From NCBI GenBank assembly GCA_001662655.1, contig KV460206.1: a stretch of 64,000 nucleotides of DNA; one strand, given 5' to 3'. Shown here piece by piece: positions 11,577 to 27,146 of the stretch. Position 1 is the stretch's first letter, and every line of letters begins with the position of its first letter. The notes beneath the pieces are model-generated. The model was given only the letters and a program-made list of their open reading frames with translations. It searched no databases and had not been told where the DNA came from. This stretch comes from Pseudogymnoascus verrucosus (taxonomy: Eukaryota). A program made the translations under genes and the position numbers.

Positions 11577-14048
11577 ATGACTGACCAAGAGAATGTACCC
11601 TTCGTTGCCCAGGATATACAAGAAATCGGAAGCTTTCTCAAAGATCTAGAGTCACATGCCAAAAAATGGATCGGAGCATCACGTTCAAAGAAAACGTTCA
11701 GTTGCAAGAAGAACGAGTTCAACGTGGAGAACTCTCCTGACAAGCTAGTTGTCGATTCCTGGCGCTTCCAAGAGTGGGATTACAAGCGTGATGATCTCCC
11801 AACATATGCAAGAGGGCTGTTCACATATCACACCAAGGATAACCGCCCAGAGATTGCCACTCGTGGCTATGACAAGTTCTTCAATACGGAGGAAGTAGAA
11901 GCAACAAAATGGAGCAACATTGAGCAATACACGAAAGGCCCATATGAGTTGAGTCTCAAGGAAAACGGGTGCATCATCTTCATCAGCGGTCTGTCTGATG
12001 ACTCGTTGCTGGTTTGCAGCAAGCATTCGACTGGGCCACGTGAGGACTCGAATCTTAGCCATGCCATAGCAGGCGAACGATGGGTCGACAGGCAACTCAA
12101 GGCCGTAGGGAAGACTAGGCAAGATCTTTCCAGGGAGTTGAGGAAGAGAAATGCCACTGCAGTAGCGGAATTATGTGATGATGATTTCGAAGAACACATC
12201 CTTGCGTATCGCGGAGATTCTGCTGGATTGTATTTACATGGAATCAATATCAATATCCCGGAGTTCACAACTTACTCTGGGTTACAAGTCCAGCAATTCG
12301 CCAATGACTGGGGATTCAAGCGTACTGATTTTCTCGTTTTGGACGAGATCACTAAAGTCCGATCATTCCTCGAAGGGGTGGCAGAGACGGGTTCGTACAA
12401 TGGACGAGACGTGGAGGGATTTGTTATTCGATGCAAATCAAATTTTAGGTCAAGAGAATACCAAGATTGGTTCTTCAAGTATAAGTTCGAGGAGCCATAC
12501 TTGATGTTCAGACAATGGAGAGAATGCACCAAGATGATGATCAACGGAAAACCACCTCTTTTCAAGAAGCACGTCAAAATCACCGAGGAGTATCTGCTAT
12601 TTGCGAGAAAGAAGCTGGCCGAAAACCCAAAGTTGGCGAGAGATTACAATAGCAATCACGGCATCATTGAGCTGAGAGACGATTTTCTGAAAGAGAAGAA
12701 CCTGAAGGGCTCAGACCTCCTTCGCCTGGAATACTCAAATGAGGGCGAGGCACCACAAGATGCCACAAAGAATATCATCCTTGTACCAATTGCAACTATC
12801 GGCTGCGGAAAGACAACAATTGCCATTGCATTGCAGCATTTGTTCGGTTGGGGCCATGTGCAGAACGACAATATCCAAGGAAAAGGCAGACCTCCTAGGT
12901 TCACCAAGGAGGTTATGAGCCAGCTTGAAGACAAGCCGGTTGTGATCGCCGACAGAAACAACGCGCAGAAGCATGAGAGGAAGCAACTCATTGGCGATGT
13001 GCACCACCAATACATTTCTTCGGCACGCCTAGTGGCATTGAATTTCGTCCATGATTTTAACTCGATTGAGAAAATAAAACAAGTCACCATGGGCCGCGTT
13101 TTTGCAAGAGGAGACAATCACCAAACGATTCAAGCTGCATCCGACAAAAGCAAGGTGATGGGAATAATGCAGGGTTTCATCAACCGTTTTGAGCCACTCC
13201 GCCTGGACCAAGATCCCGACCATGGCTTTGATTCTGTTATCGATTTAGATCCAATCTCAGACTCGCGTCAAAATTTGGAGACTGTGATCGCCCGGTTGAG
13301 CGAACTGTACCCGAAACTATTCACCACTATGCCTACTAGCGAGGATTTGGACGATGCTATTGCTTTTGCATTGAACGAGTACAAGCCGGAATTGAAGCAT
13401 GATGTTTCTGGACGTGGGCCGAAGGTAAAGACAAACCAGGTACGATCTGTTAATAAGCATATCAAACCACAGCTAATAGATTTTTAGCAGCCAAAGCAGC
13501 AGAAGCCCATCGTACCTGCTGCACCTAAAAAGAAGGCCCTTGAATATATTGCGGTCGACATACCAACCCAACAGATCCTGGATGCCCTGGAGAAGACATT
13601 TTCGACTCAAGACGACGCAAAAGCGGCATTCTTCAGACAGCTCCAAGAGACTCGCCGAGTGCAGCCAAAGTTCCACGTTACATTGATCCACCGCGCCTCA
13701 GCTAGGCAGCAACCCGAAGTATGGAATAAATACAAGGCCCTATTTGAAGTACACGGAGATGAAGAGAAGCCGTTGGGAGATTGTCAAGTCCAATTAGAAC
13801 GTGTTGTATGGAGCCACAGAATCATGGCGATTGTTGTCCGGCTGGTCACTGAAGGTTGGGAGTGTGTCAACACGGTTCCGCATATCACAGTGGGAACAAG
13901 GGCGGATGATGTCAAGCCTAAGGAGAGCAACGACCTCTTACAGCAGTGGCTCCAAGATGGAAGCGGCGAACAGACTGGGATTTTCGAGGCAGTTATACAA
14001 GGAGTTACGGTTGATGGCACGGTACATGCGGTTCTGCAGAAGCATTGA
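11577..14048 (+). CDS. TRL1: Fungal trifunctional tRNA ligase (ligase, kinase and cyclic phosphodiesterase domains); intron 13440-13487
   Basis: Ligase motifs KENGC and EGFVIR, kinase P-loop GCGKTT, and two HxT motifs of the 2H phosphodiesterase (FHVTL, PHITV). Confidence 0.95.
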
Positions 14049-14248
14049 TTCGGGGTTTGCTGGAGGGACTGCGAGGTGATTACTAGGATGGTATTGCGCT
14101 ATTTACCACCTAATGGGCAATTTAGCTTGAGCTATTATGAGGGCTAAATGTTGCTTTATGACAGTAGCCATTAGTTATGTTCCGCTAAAGCTATTATACC
14201 AAACCCAGGAAACCAAGGCTCCAACACATCCAAATACACGTAAACTGC

Positions 14249-15326
14249 TTATGCCCCAAAATTCTGTCTTGCCAACCCCCTGAGCATCGCCATTGTCTTA
14301 TCTTCCTTCTCCCTGTATTCCTGCAATCGCTCATCTCTCTCCGCCGCCCTCGCCATAAGCATCTCCTCTCTCCTCAGCTCCCTATCATTCTTCTTCCTCT
14401 CAAACTCCTGCTTCTTGGCTTTAAACTCACCCAAGCTATCCCCACCGCCCATTAACTCGCTCTCGGGCACTTCCGCCGCTCCAGGCGACTTATCTCTGAA
14501 AGACTTCATCGTCTCGTTCTTTTCGCGTTTCTTCTCGAGCTGTCTTTCTCGCGTTCCAGCTTCGGCACGAGGCACAAGTTCATCCAGGGCCTCCTTTTGC
14601 CCCTTACGATCAAGTTTGCGTGCATACTTCATGTCTTCGCGCTGCTCTTTTCGTCGCGTATAGGCTTCTTCGGACTCGTTTTCTCGCCTCAGCTCCAGAT
14701 CTTGCATATTGGGAATGCTGGGTCCCATCCGACCCCTCCCTTGTCGACCTTCTTGGCCGGGGAGAGCAGGGCCAACAGAATCATCGCTACTACTCTCTGG
14801 ATCTTCCCGTCTGCTTGGTTCGTCTCTCTGATACCGTTGTTTGGGAGCATCGCGAGATGGTGGCTCCGAATCACGTGATTCTGGTTCAAGTTCTGACACT
14901 GCCGCCACAGCTTTTTGGTAGGTTGACGGGTCATACCAGCCTTCTGATAGCTCGCATCGGTTCCTACACGTGTTAATAACTGTAGTTATATGCGTATAGA
15001 TAGACTTGTATTTACCACTTGCCAATGAAGCTCTTCCACCGACCCCGTGCTTCAGTTTCGTCGAGATCGTCTAGAACTTTGCCCTTTTGAATATCAAGAT
15101 ACAGGGCAAACATAGGTTTGAACGCTCTGTAATCATGTTTGGTGAGTTGCCGCGAGTTATACGGCAGCTCTACTGGAGCTGTGGCTACTCTCTCTCGGCG
15201 GTGGTGGTGTTTGTGGTGGCGAGACGGTGGTGATCTCTCGCGATGCTTATGGCGATCTGAGCGGTTCGGGGACACGGATCTACGTTCCCTCCTCCTTTCC
15301 AAATTCCTTTCTCCTCTGTCTGCCAT
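14249..15326 (-). CDS. SCI1 (style cell-cycle inhibitor 1)-like Arg/Glu-rich nuclear protein (intron 14964-15015)
   Basis: The spliced junction gives ARGRWKSFIGKWNRCELSEGWYDP. It has an RS-like N-terminus and a charged coiled-coil C-terminus (ELVPRAEAGTRERQLEKK). Confidence 0.7.
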
Positions 15327-15707
15327 GATAGGTGATAACTCAAAGGATTGTTCGAGCGCTAGAAGTGATCTTGTTTATCTCTGCCAAATCGCGGTCTCTA
15401 AATCGATTATACGGGACGTTAAAACCGACCAATCATATGTCAAGTTAGTCTTGAATGAAGATTCACTAACCTGATTGGGAACATATACTATGTACATCGA
15501 GGCCAAACTCCATTGGTCCTTTTACTTCAATAGAGATCAAGAAGACATCAGTTTGATTTGAATTATGGAAAGCGTTAATATTTCATGGTGTAATTCTATC
15601 GAGGCCGTTTATGCGCATACCATACCTTTGAAACCCGAAATCACCCGCCGAGCAATTTGAGAATCCACAGCGACGCGTAGTTTCACCCAAGCTATCGATT
15701 TCTAAGT

Positions 15708-16747
15708 TTATTTCACGTCAACAAGATGCCCAGTTCTTACTCCTTCTGTCTTCGAAGCCATGGGCTGACTGCTTGTAGTCTGAGCGCCGCTTCCTTCCTT
15801 CCTCTCTTTGCCTACGGGAGCGGAGTCTTTCTGTCCTTGCTCCCTTCCCAATTCCGCTACACTGTCCAAGCTCCGCTTCACATCTTTGTCACCAAGAACT
15901 TTCTGAATGAGTCGTGCTTCAATGTCACGAACACCCGTGCGCGGAGCTTTTTGGTGCCTCCCCTTCCTCATATGAGACTGGTTCGCAAGTGCCTGCCTCA
16001 AGAACACTATTTCTCGGTTCAGAACGTCCAGCTCCGATTGCGGCTTATTATGGCGAGCCGCTTTATGAGGGTGAGCCACGCTCTTAAGATTTCCCCCATG
16101 GTTCAGAATTCCACGCAATATTATGTCCTGCCATTCTTCTGTCGTCTCAGGCATCTGATGGAGGCGATGGCAATTTAGGTCAAACTTGCAATGACCCCTG
16201 ATCCAGTTGTGACATAGCTGATGCCGAGAGTCCGGCAGCGTTGATGGCCGTGGCCGAACCTGTGAGGTGGCTGCTTGTGATGGAGTGCCAGCAGTGGAGT
16301 TGGAAACAACCGGCTCTGTTGCAGGATGTCTACCGGTAGAATCTCCTGATAACTCTCTGGATATTTTAGAGTCCTGGGTTTTACTGAGAAGGCCGTTTTG
16401 GGCACCAGGCTGCTCTGGAAGGACCGAGGATCTTTGAAATTATATGTTAGAAACCGAGTTTATGCCGAAGTAGAAGATTATACTCACCTGGGTTGTTTCA
16501 TTCGATAGTAACCAGTCGATGGGCCTTTTTGTCCCAAGAAAACCATCCTTGAACTCTCGACGGGACTCAACGACTTCGACAGCCCATGGAACTCCAGAGG
16601 CAGCTCGTCAGCAGGGACAAGAGGAACTAATTCTCCAGTATCACGCCTGATGTAGTGCTCAGGTTGCAATCGAAGCCTTCTCCTGGGAAGTTCATGGTGC
16701 CTAGGAGTGGACCGTCCCGCCGACAAAGCAATTTGCTGTGCAGGCAT
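15708..16747 (-). CDS. CCCH zinc-finger protein (exons 16747-16488, 16431-15708)
   Basis: The GTGAGT..CTAAC..AAG intron at 16432-16487 gives an open frame containing CHNWIRGHCKFDLNCHRLH (C-x7-C-x5-C-x3-H), which runs into the 15708-16154 ORF. Confidence 0.7.
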
Positions 16748-17139
16748 AGTGTTTGCTTGTGGATTTCTGACTTCCACAGTAACAATATGTAGAGCTATGG
16801 GCAATGCAAGATGGTCGTGCAATTTAGGATGAGGAGTACGAGAAGTATTGCTGAGAGACCCCGGTTTTAGACCAACAAAGGAGATAAAGTGGCGACCAAA
16901 ATGGTGTATTTGTACCCAGTATATGACTACATACAATAAGCTCGGAGTAAAGTATGCCAAACAAAAACATCCTCTTGTTTTTGTTTCGTTTGTTAGTGGA
17001 GCTGGACAAGCACTGCAGGGCGGCAACTGCAAGCTGCCGTGCCAACACCGGAAATCACAAGTACTGCTGAAGCCCACCACCGAAGATGGATAGTTGATCT
17101 GGTAGCAAAGTAGATGGTGGCCCAAATTCTTTGAATATT

Positions 17140-18990
17140 TCATCTGAGTTCCAACCTCACTTTTGCTTCCATCCCATCCACAGAATTCCCCACCTGTCTC
17201 GTGCTATCCTCGAGCTCTACTTCCCTCCTCATCCATTTGCCTTTTGCGCCTCGGCTTTCTGCATCCACGGCAAGAGAATCATCTCCTTCCTCTAAGTCCT
17301 CACTGTCATACTCTTCATCTTCGTATCCAGCAACAGGGTCCCACTCGCCAGTTTCCCATATCAAACACAAGCTCAAAGGCCTGAGGTCAAACAACTTTCC
17401 CACAATGCCCTTGATTCGATATACATCGAATCCTCTAGGGATCTCTTGTTCTTTGCTGATTTCTGAAATTTGGCCTGGAAAAGTGCCTGCAGGGAGGCGA
17501 AACGTAAACTTGATGAGCCGTGCCTCAAGCAAATCGGGATTAATGGCCTTCTCGGCCCGCCGCACCACGGGGGCTTCGTAGATATTGCACAGCTCAGAAA
17601 ACCTCCTGTGCTTGCTAGTAACAATGCTCTCCTCGCTCTCTGGCACTGCTGCCATTTCTGTCGCAATACGCGAGAGATAAAATATCTCGGCATTCGTCCG
17701 CTCAGCTGGCGTAATGGTACTAAAATTCAGCGACTTCAGATTTGCCAGACGACCTAGAGTAAGCATGTACCCTTCGTCGGCGCTTGTCATCACATCTCCT
17801 GGCTTGGCCACTGCCTCATAGACTGGATTGTGGGACATTCGCAAAGCTGTCAAGCCTGGGAAAACATCTGGCAAGCTGTCGACAAACTGCCAATCAGCGA
17901 CTTTATTGTATGACAAGTCAAGATAGCATAATTGGTCCGAAAACACGGGTTTCTCTCCTTGGCTGCCGGCACCAACAGTGCTGATTTTGTTGCCTTTCAG
18001 GTGGAGGGACTTGAGAGAAGCCAATGCAGTAAGTGGTAACAGGTCTGAAATGCTCGAAAAGTCGTTATATTCTAACGTAAGAGATGTGAGTGTCATTGGC
18101 AATAATGACGATGGGCCGTTCAGCGATAGCGTTACTAAATCGTTTGAGCTGGCCTCAATGGATGTGACGTCCTTAAATTGGCGGGAGAGTAGACATATAT
18201 CTTCCCACGTCAGGATCATTTCATTGAGACTGAGGTCTGTCACACCAGCGAAGGCGTTTTGTGATTCCCCGCCTTCAAACTCTTGGGGCAAAATAGCCAA
18301 ACGATTTCCACTGCTTCTGTTAGCAATGGTCACATATTCTCAGACGAGCACTTACTTGAGTCTGAGACTCTTGAGGTAGTCTAGTTCTGCACATATTTGT
18401 ACGATCTCTCCACAGCTCTGAAATAGATTTCTGCTCAGATCAAGCTCTGTTATTACGGGGCATACATCCCTGATTCTTTTCCCTTCCGTTGTGGCCTTGA
18501 CAATGCGCATTCCGTCCACCAACACAATCTTCAGTTCATCCAGCTGGGCCATTTGTTTCCTGATTTTATCAAAGCCAACTTCGTAGACTACCTTACCGGA
18601 TATCTCAATTTCTTTCTTCTTGATTAATTCGTTTTGCTCATCCCGTCGTTCTATGTCTTCCGAAGCATACTTCCGATGCACTGCTTCAACGAAACTCTCT
18701 ACGAAATCTGGCATTCGGGTAGGGCGCACGAAGGAACCAGCATTGATTGACCCACGTCTAGCTAAAACCAGTCAACATCAATATGCCACTGGATGTAAAT
18801 TTCAAGAAGGTATCTTACTATCAAAATACTTGACTCCCTTGTGCTCTCCATCATGTTTACCCCGTGATGGGTAATCCCACTCAACACCAAGCCAAACATT
18901 TTTTGTGCCAGCTACCGGCCCAATATATCTCACTGTGCAAGGCACAGAGTCATAAGACAGCCGCTGGCCAATATAGAAATTTGATGCCAT
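17140..18990 (-). CDS. PAC2: Tubulin-specific chaperone E (CAP-Gly domain plus LRRs); introns 18762-18818 and ~18311-18355
   Basis: CAP-Gly motif WLGVEWDYPSRGKHDG and multiple LRRs (LDLSRN, LRLNGN, LHLKGN, LDLSYN). Confidence 0.92.
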
Positions 18991-19261
18991 TTCATCGTTG
19001 TCCTCTCCAACTGTGAACTTCTGGAGGGGTTGTGGTCCAACTAATCTCGTAGCCTTGTCGCGAGGCTCCCATATAACTGTAGCCGAGAATAAATATTTCT
19101 TGGCGCGGCTCGCGCTATCTTGAGCCTTGTCGAACATCATACCATCATACCTGCGGCTCGACATATTCGACAATCCATCCACACCTCCTTCAACCACTCT
19201 CGCGCCTATCGCACATCTGAAGAACACCATTTGGATCTGATTCCTCTGCGCATCTTCCACG

Positions 19262-19984
19262 ATGGATTACCAGAACCGCGCTGGCTCCAAGTTCGGCGGC
19301 GGTGGTGTCGCCTCCACATCCGCCACCAACGCCGACCGTCGCGAGCGCCTTCGCAAGCTCGCCCTCGAGACCATCGATCTCGACAAAGACCCATACTTCT
19401 TCAAGAACCATGTTGGCTCTTTCGAATGTCGACTATGTCTCACAGTCCACCAGAACGATGGGTCGTACCTCGCTCACACCCAAGGGCGGAAGCATCAAAC
19501 CAACCTCGCCAGGCGTGCGGCACGAGAGCAGAAGGAAGGGCGCGTTGGCACAGATCCGGTTACGGGGTTGCCAATTGGCATGGTTGGAGCGCAAGTGTCG
19601 GTGCGGAGGAATGTGGTTAAGATTGGCAGGCCGGGATATAAGATCACTAAGACGAGGGACCCGGTGACGCGCCAACAGGGATTGCTCTTCCAGCTTCAAT
19701 ACCCAGAGATTACGCCAGATATGACGCCAAAGGTGCGCTTCATGAGTGCGTTCGAGCAGAAGATTGAGGATCCTCCGGACAAGAACTTCCAATACATGTT
19801 GGTCGCGGCCGAGCCATACCAGACGTGCGGATTCAAACTGCAGGCCAGAGAGGTGGATAGGACGAACGATAGGTTTTGGACGTGGTGGGATAGTGACTTG
19901 AAGGAGTTTTGGGTGCAGGTTATGTTCAAGACGGAGAGAGAAGAGAGATACAGTGGCGTGCCTGGACTTGCGCCAAGAAGATAA
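19262..19984 (+). CDS. SF3A2: U2 snRNP splicing factor 3A subunit 2 (Prp11/SAP62)
   Basis: Starts MDYQNRAGSKFGGGG, with matrin-type finger ECRLCLTVH..YLAHTQGRKH and KIGRPGYK. Confidence 0.96.
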   Translation: MDYQNRAGSKFGGGGVASTSATNADRRERLRKLALETIDLDKDPYFFKNHVGSFECRLCLTVHQNDGSYLAHTQGRKHQTNLARRAAREQKEGRVGTDPVTGLPIGMVGAQVSVRRNVVKIGRPGYKITKTRDPVTRQQGLLFQLQYPEITPDMTPKVRFMSAFEQKIEDPPDKNFQYMLVAAEPYQTCGFKLQAREVDRTNDRFWTWWDSDLKEFWVQVMFKTEREERYSGVPGLAPRR

Positions 19985-20506
19985 TGGTTATTTGGACGGA
20001 TGGGGGAATTAGATTGGAAGGCGTCAAAGGCGTTGGTTACCAACTTATTACGATTATTGTAAAGATATCACAGCGCATTCACCAGATATTAAATGTTAAA
20101 TTTACAGGCACATTGCAAAGGGTGCAGACAAATTTTAATAGGTCTCTCATAAGTCTCTCATTTCGCTATGCAGATGTCCGGAGCAAAACATTGTAGTATG
20201 CCATAAAAATGACTGTAACAGTGCCATCACGAATCCCTAAACCTCTAGAGAAACAGAGAAATTCATTTCAAGACGTTTCTTATAACTGAACCAAAGGTGT
20301 ATCATAAGAGTCGTGTCAACACGCTGGATATCTGGAAAATGCTATCATGGATGACAGTAAATACTCTCCTTCATCAATGCAAAACGGGACACCAAATAGT
20401 GGACATCTGAAAAACATATATCAGATACTGGGCGCTCAAATAATCATCACGCAGATATTTGTTCCGTACGTCGTCAACTCCGCCTTCTCTCACAGATTAC
20501 TTGGAA

Positions 20507-22612
<2,106 letters not shown>

Positions 22613-23951
22613 GGTGTCGACGTTGTGTATATCTGGTAGCTACGCCGGAAAGAGGGGTTGTTGATCGGACCGAAGATGTCCACGAGGTACACACGTCGGA
22701 GAGGGCTACCCAGAGGGGTGATTAGTGCTGGGGCGCTATGATAATCTGTGACGGTTTCCGAGTTTGACCATCTAAGAGAATGAGGTCAAGTAAACTCCGA
22801 AAGGTGTTCAGGAAAGTTGACGTTGGTGGAGGGAAGCCGCTGTTTACCCTTGTAGCCAGTGCACTGTTTGTCGTGCATGCATGTACAGTACACAAATGTA
22901 CTCCACCAAACGTAAGCGCTCTGATGTTAGTGGTGCCCAATATTCACCGCTTTAAAACATAAACACGAAAATAATTGGTGCCTTTTCTATTACGAGACGC
23001 CCGTCAGAACATATCAAAGAGCAGCTTGGGAGCTGTTTGTGAGACCGATTTAAGACATTTACGAAGGGTTCTAGGTGTAGCAAATCCCTGATGTTTCTGT
23101 GCTACGTACATAAAACGCTCGCTCCATACTCGAGGAGTGGGACAGCTCAAGGGCATTTTAGCCAAGCAGCGAGGTACAAGAGTCAAGAGGCCTTTTACGA
23201 GCCATTTATTTATCCATCAAAGCAGTTAAGAATAAATAACAATAAATATTATTCTCGTCAAAAGTATCATTAACCCTCAGTTGCCCTCATACACTATGGC
23301 TCTTGGCTTTAACTAAGCGCACTATGTGACCGCGACTGAGGGGTACCAGAGCGGTCTGGAAGCTTGATAGACTCAGTAGCGGCGGGAAATTTATAAGCCA
23401 TCATCGACGACAAAAGTCCCTGTTACAGTTTATAGATATTTTTGGCCGCTTCAGTTTCTATGTCTATGCAAAGGTATAAAAAAAAATTGGTGTGGCATTG
23501 CTGCATCGTTGGAATATTAACGTCGGGGTTGTAAATCGCCAGAAGCTTCATACATCAGGAGATATGATAAGTCCAACACTTGTTAATATGTGGAACATTT
23601 CGAGTGAAAATGTGTATCTATTGATAGAGAAAGGAGATTCATCTTTCTTGATCTATCTGTCTATATGCCCCAGCTGAACTCTCTAACTTCCCTTGGTTAG
23701 GCGTGAGTATATCCCATCCTGTGGCTTTCCCAGCCGACATCTCCATACGCCAGTCCCAAATATCAAGAGCCTCCATGGCCATAAACATCTTCGTCGCTCA
23801 ACGCCAAGTGCTCTCAATGCCAACAATCAACATGGCACTCATATATGTTCAGTGAAAAAGCGGCCATAACCCTCCTGTCTTGACCCAACGACGATGTCTC
23901 CGTCAACCCTTATTTATATCCCTAAATGCGCAAGCGTAGGCACAGACCCGT

Positions 23952-24161
23952 TCACTTTTTGGGCGGTGCCTTTCCAGGTGGTGCCGCTGCTGGTTTCTTT
24001 TGTTCTGGTTTCCGAACTGCGAAGCCGATATACCAGGCGCCCACGCCCAAGATAATCAGACCGACCAGGACGAGAATCATGGTTGTGACGACTTCCGGCT
24101 GTGTCCGGACAACCTTCTGTGCGCTTGGCGTTAACGCCGGAAGAAGGAATTCGTAGGCCAT
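23952..24161 (-). CDS. Putative 69-aa single-pass membrane microprotein
   Basis: ATG in reasonable context, one ~22-aa hydrophobic helix followed by a Lys/Pro-rich basic tail. It is isolated in an intergenic gap. No homology recognised. Confidence 0.5.
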   Translation of the reverse strand: MAYEFLLPALTPSAQKVVRTQPEVVTTMILVLVGLIILGVGAWYIGFAVRKPEQKKPAAAPPGKAPPKK

Positions 24162-25203
24162 AATTGAGTGGCAGCTGTGGCGTATGGCTTGATGGAGCTA
24201 AGCTGTCCTTAGAGTGCACAAGGGACACTCGGGTTTCCGGAAAAGGAATAAATAATCCGAGGGTAGAGAGATCAGGAGTAGTCGCTGTAAAGAAAATCTT
24301 AACGTGTAGTCGCAATGCAAATTGGCAATTCTGTTTGTTCTTGTTGTGTCTGGCTTAACGTGATAGGAAGTAACAGTGATACCGGCATTCAGAACACCTT
24401 CATTGAGCGGCCCGGTAGTGATATATGACTTTGAAAACCAAAAGAAATCCAAACGCAAAACATTTAGTGAAGTGGAGCTCAGGATGAGGCTCTCAGACCT
24501 ACAGTGTATCAGATGGCTGAGGTGGCCTGATATTTGAAGCACGACGCCGCGCACAGGTCTAGCCACAATTTATGAGTGGACAAGGCGTGGAATGCGACGT
24601 TGACACGGCACTAACCAAAATCATGCTGTTTCAGTAAGGAAGTGCCCTTGGCTCTATATCTGATGGCAGTTTTGGCCTTCACATGAAGAGTATGAGGAGT
24701 AGATTGATGTTCAACTCAAGACTTGGCGTGTTACGTCTAACCTTGTAGTGGACAGGGTCTGCCAAAACCTAAACTCACCAAATTATATCTCCAACTTGGA
24801 CTGTTTCTTCACTTTATGAGACAATACAGTGCACTTTGACGACTAATCCATACAGGATTATAGATATACACTCTTCATAGTAATGCTTGACCTGTCGGGA
24901 TTTTGTGTAAAATGGCACGTGATCTCCATATCTTATCTTTGAATTAGCGGGCGTTGCCGGCGGCCTCCCCTGTGATTAGTCTAACCAATTGTGGGCTAAA
25001 GAATTTTGGTAAGGGTGTCGCGACCGAACTTTTGATAATGGGCATCGAAAGAAATCTCGAGTCGATGAGAGGCGCCATACCGCGACTTGCCTTTACCACG
25101 CTTCAAGTTCCGACTCGTAGACGCTACGAGAAGTTGGTGGTCCAAGGCTTCTGGATACTGTGTAATATTTAATCGGAGATTTCAGCCGCGCCCAGTTCCC
25201 AGC

Positions 25204-26701
25204 ATGGCAGACTCGAAGCCAGTTGAGCCAGAGGTACTGTCCCAAGACGCCCCTACCTTCACATAACAGGTGGCTAACGTGATGTTAGGCTTCAGCGCCA
25301 AAGGCGGAAATCCCAAAATCGGCAGCGAAAAATGCGAAGCCAGTGCGCCCACCGAACCCGGTATGGAAAATGATGGGTCTGCCGAATATGCGGCTCAAAT
25401 TACCATCTCGGAACTGGTCGATATTCCTCTCAATAACCGGTACTATTACGGGGCTTGTAGTATATGATAAGAGGGAGCAGAGGAGGGTGCAAAAGAAATG
25501 GAGCAAGCTTGTCGAGCACTTGGCCAAGGAACCACTCGACCCGAAATCGATGCCTAGGAAACTCACAGTGTTCCTCGAGGCTCCTCCGACGGACGGGCTA
25601 CGGGTTGCTCAAGACCACTTCAAAGACTACGTGAAGCCGGTTCTCGTATCTTCAGGCCTTGACTGGGAGTTTATCCAGGGGCGCAAGGAGGGCGACGTGC
25701 GCGCCGAGTTGGCAGAAAAGATCCGAAAGGAGCGCCAGCTTGCCACGAACGAGATCCAAGAAGACGACCCCGTCCTCGCTGCTCGCCTTACCAATGGCTC
25801 AAAATTATACGAGGGACCTCTTGGAGATATTGTTATTGGGCGTAATACTTGGAAAGAATACGTACGAGGTATCCACGAGGGATGGCTTGGTCCCGTCACG
25901 GAACCTGCCAAACCAGAAGTACCCGTCGAGGCAGTGGAGCCAGTTGCCGAGCCAGAAGTTATCGAGACTCTCCCCGGCATCACTGTCCACACCTCCACCG
26001 ACGACGTCCCCCCTGCTCCCATCAACCCCGACCTCAAGCCAGACGGCAAGCCACCCAAACCCCCGCAGCCAAAGCCATGGATCTCCACCGACGCCTACTC
26101 CGCCGCCACTCCCGCGCCCACTCTCCCTAACGAACTCGACCCATCCGTCCCAATTGCATTCCCACACATCCTCGGATTCTTCAATACCCCAAGACGCATG
26201 TACCGTTTCTTCACGCGCCGTCGCCTCGCCGACCAAATTGGCCGCGACGTAGCAGCTGTCATCCTCGCGAACACGAGGCCATACCATACTACCTCCATTG
26301 CGGGAGGTGATTCGTTTGCGCCTTCTTCGGATGGAAGTGATGGTGTGGTGAACGACGAGGCCGACAAGTCGGAGCAGGGCACGGTCCTGAAGGAGGAGGA
26401 GCAGGATTGGCACAAGTCCGTCCACAAGCCTCTCGATGACTTGACTAAGGAGCGTACGTGGCTCGATGATGTGGTTCTCGACCCCCGTATCGCTGGGAGG
26501 ATGAGAAGGGCGGAGTTGAGCCCGGAGGATGAGGCGCGCGCGGAGCGGATTGCGAAGGAGATCACGGAGGAGGAGATTGAGGGATGGATCAAGGGGAACC
26601 TGAGGAAAGGGTGGAGAGCTGGGAATGAGGCGCTGTTTGGAGAGAAGGCGAAGAGGCCTGGAGAGGGCCTTGTTGAGGATGAGAGCATGGAGGATAGATG
26701 A
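25204..26701 (+). CDS. TIM54: Mitochondrial inner membrane TIM22 complex subunit Tim54 (intron 25234-25288)
   Basis: Motifs KLPSRNWSIF, YVKPVL, IGRNTWKEYVRGIHEGWLGP and GFFNTPRRMYRF. Confidence 0.93.
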
Positions 26702-27146
26702 TGAGGTTGTTGAAGGCTGTGGTGGGAAGAGAGATGTAAGAAAATTTGTATGATAAGGCATTTATCTCTGGGGTGAGATAGGGTAGCCCGGTTTTGCATA
26801 TTATCTGTCACACCAGATGTATTATAGTTATAGACGATGAGGAGCGCAACTCATTTGGGTTATGTATGTACAAATATGAGCACGCAACGTATGATCTCCT
26901 CTGCAACTTGAATCATTTGACTCGGTGTTAAATTGTAGCTACTCGTACTGTAACTAGCTTTATACCAAACATCTCCATAGCAGTTTATTCTATCGAGTCT
27001 CCATATTTTAACCTGTAAAGCTACCTCTTTCCATTTTACGCTCTTACACCTACATGCACAACCTCCCAAAGATTCGTTGATAATTGTTCACAAAGCGGCC
27101 TGTCCGCGTTCATCACGCATGCGCTGATTATGATATTTCGCCGAAC

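Noticed and set aside
23185..23205. GCCTTTTAC, identical to the U5 snRNA loop 1 core
   Set aside because: The flanks do not form the loop-1 stem and no U5 architecture surrounds it.
25805..26811. Long antisense ORFs (318 aa, 238 aa) over TIM54; similar ones over RML2, RTT107 and cyclin B
   Set aside because: These are shadow frames of GC-rich coding sequence with no protein-like features.
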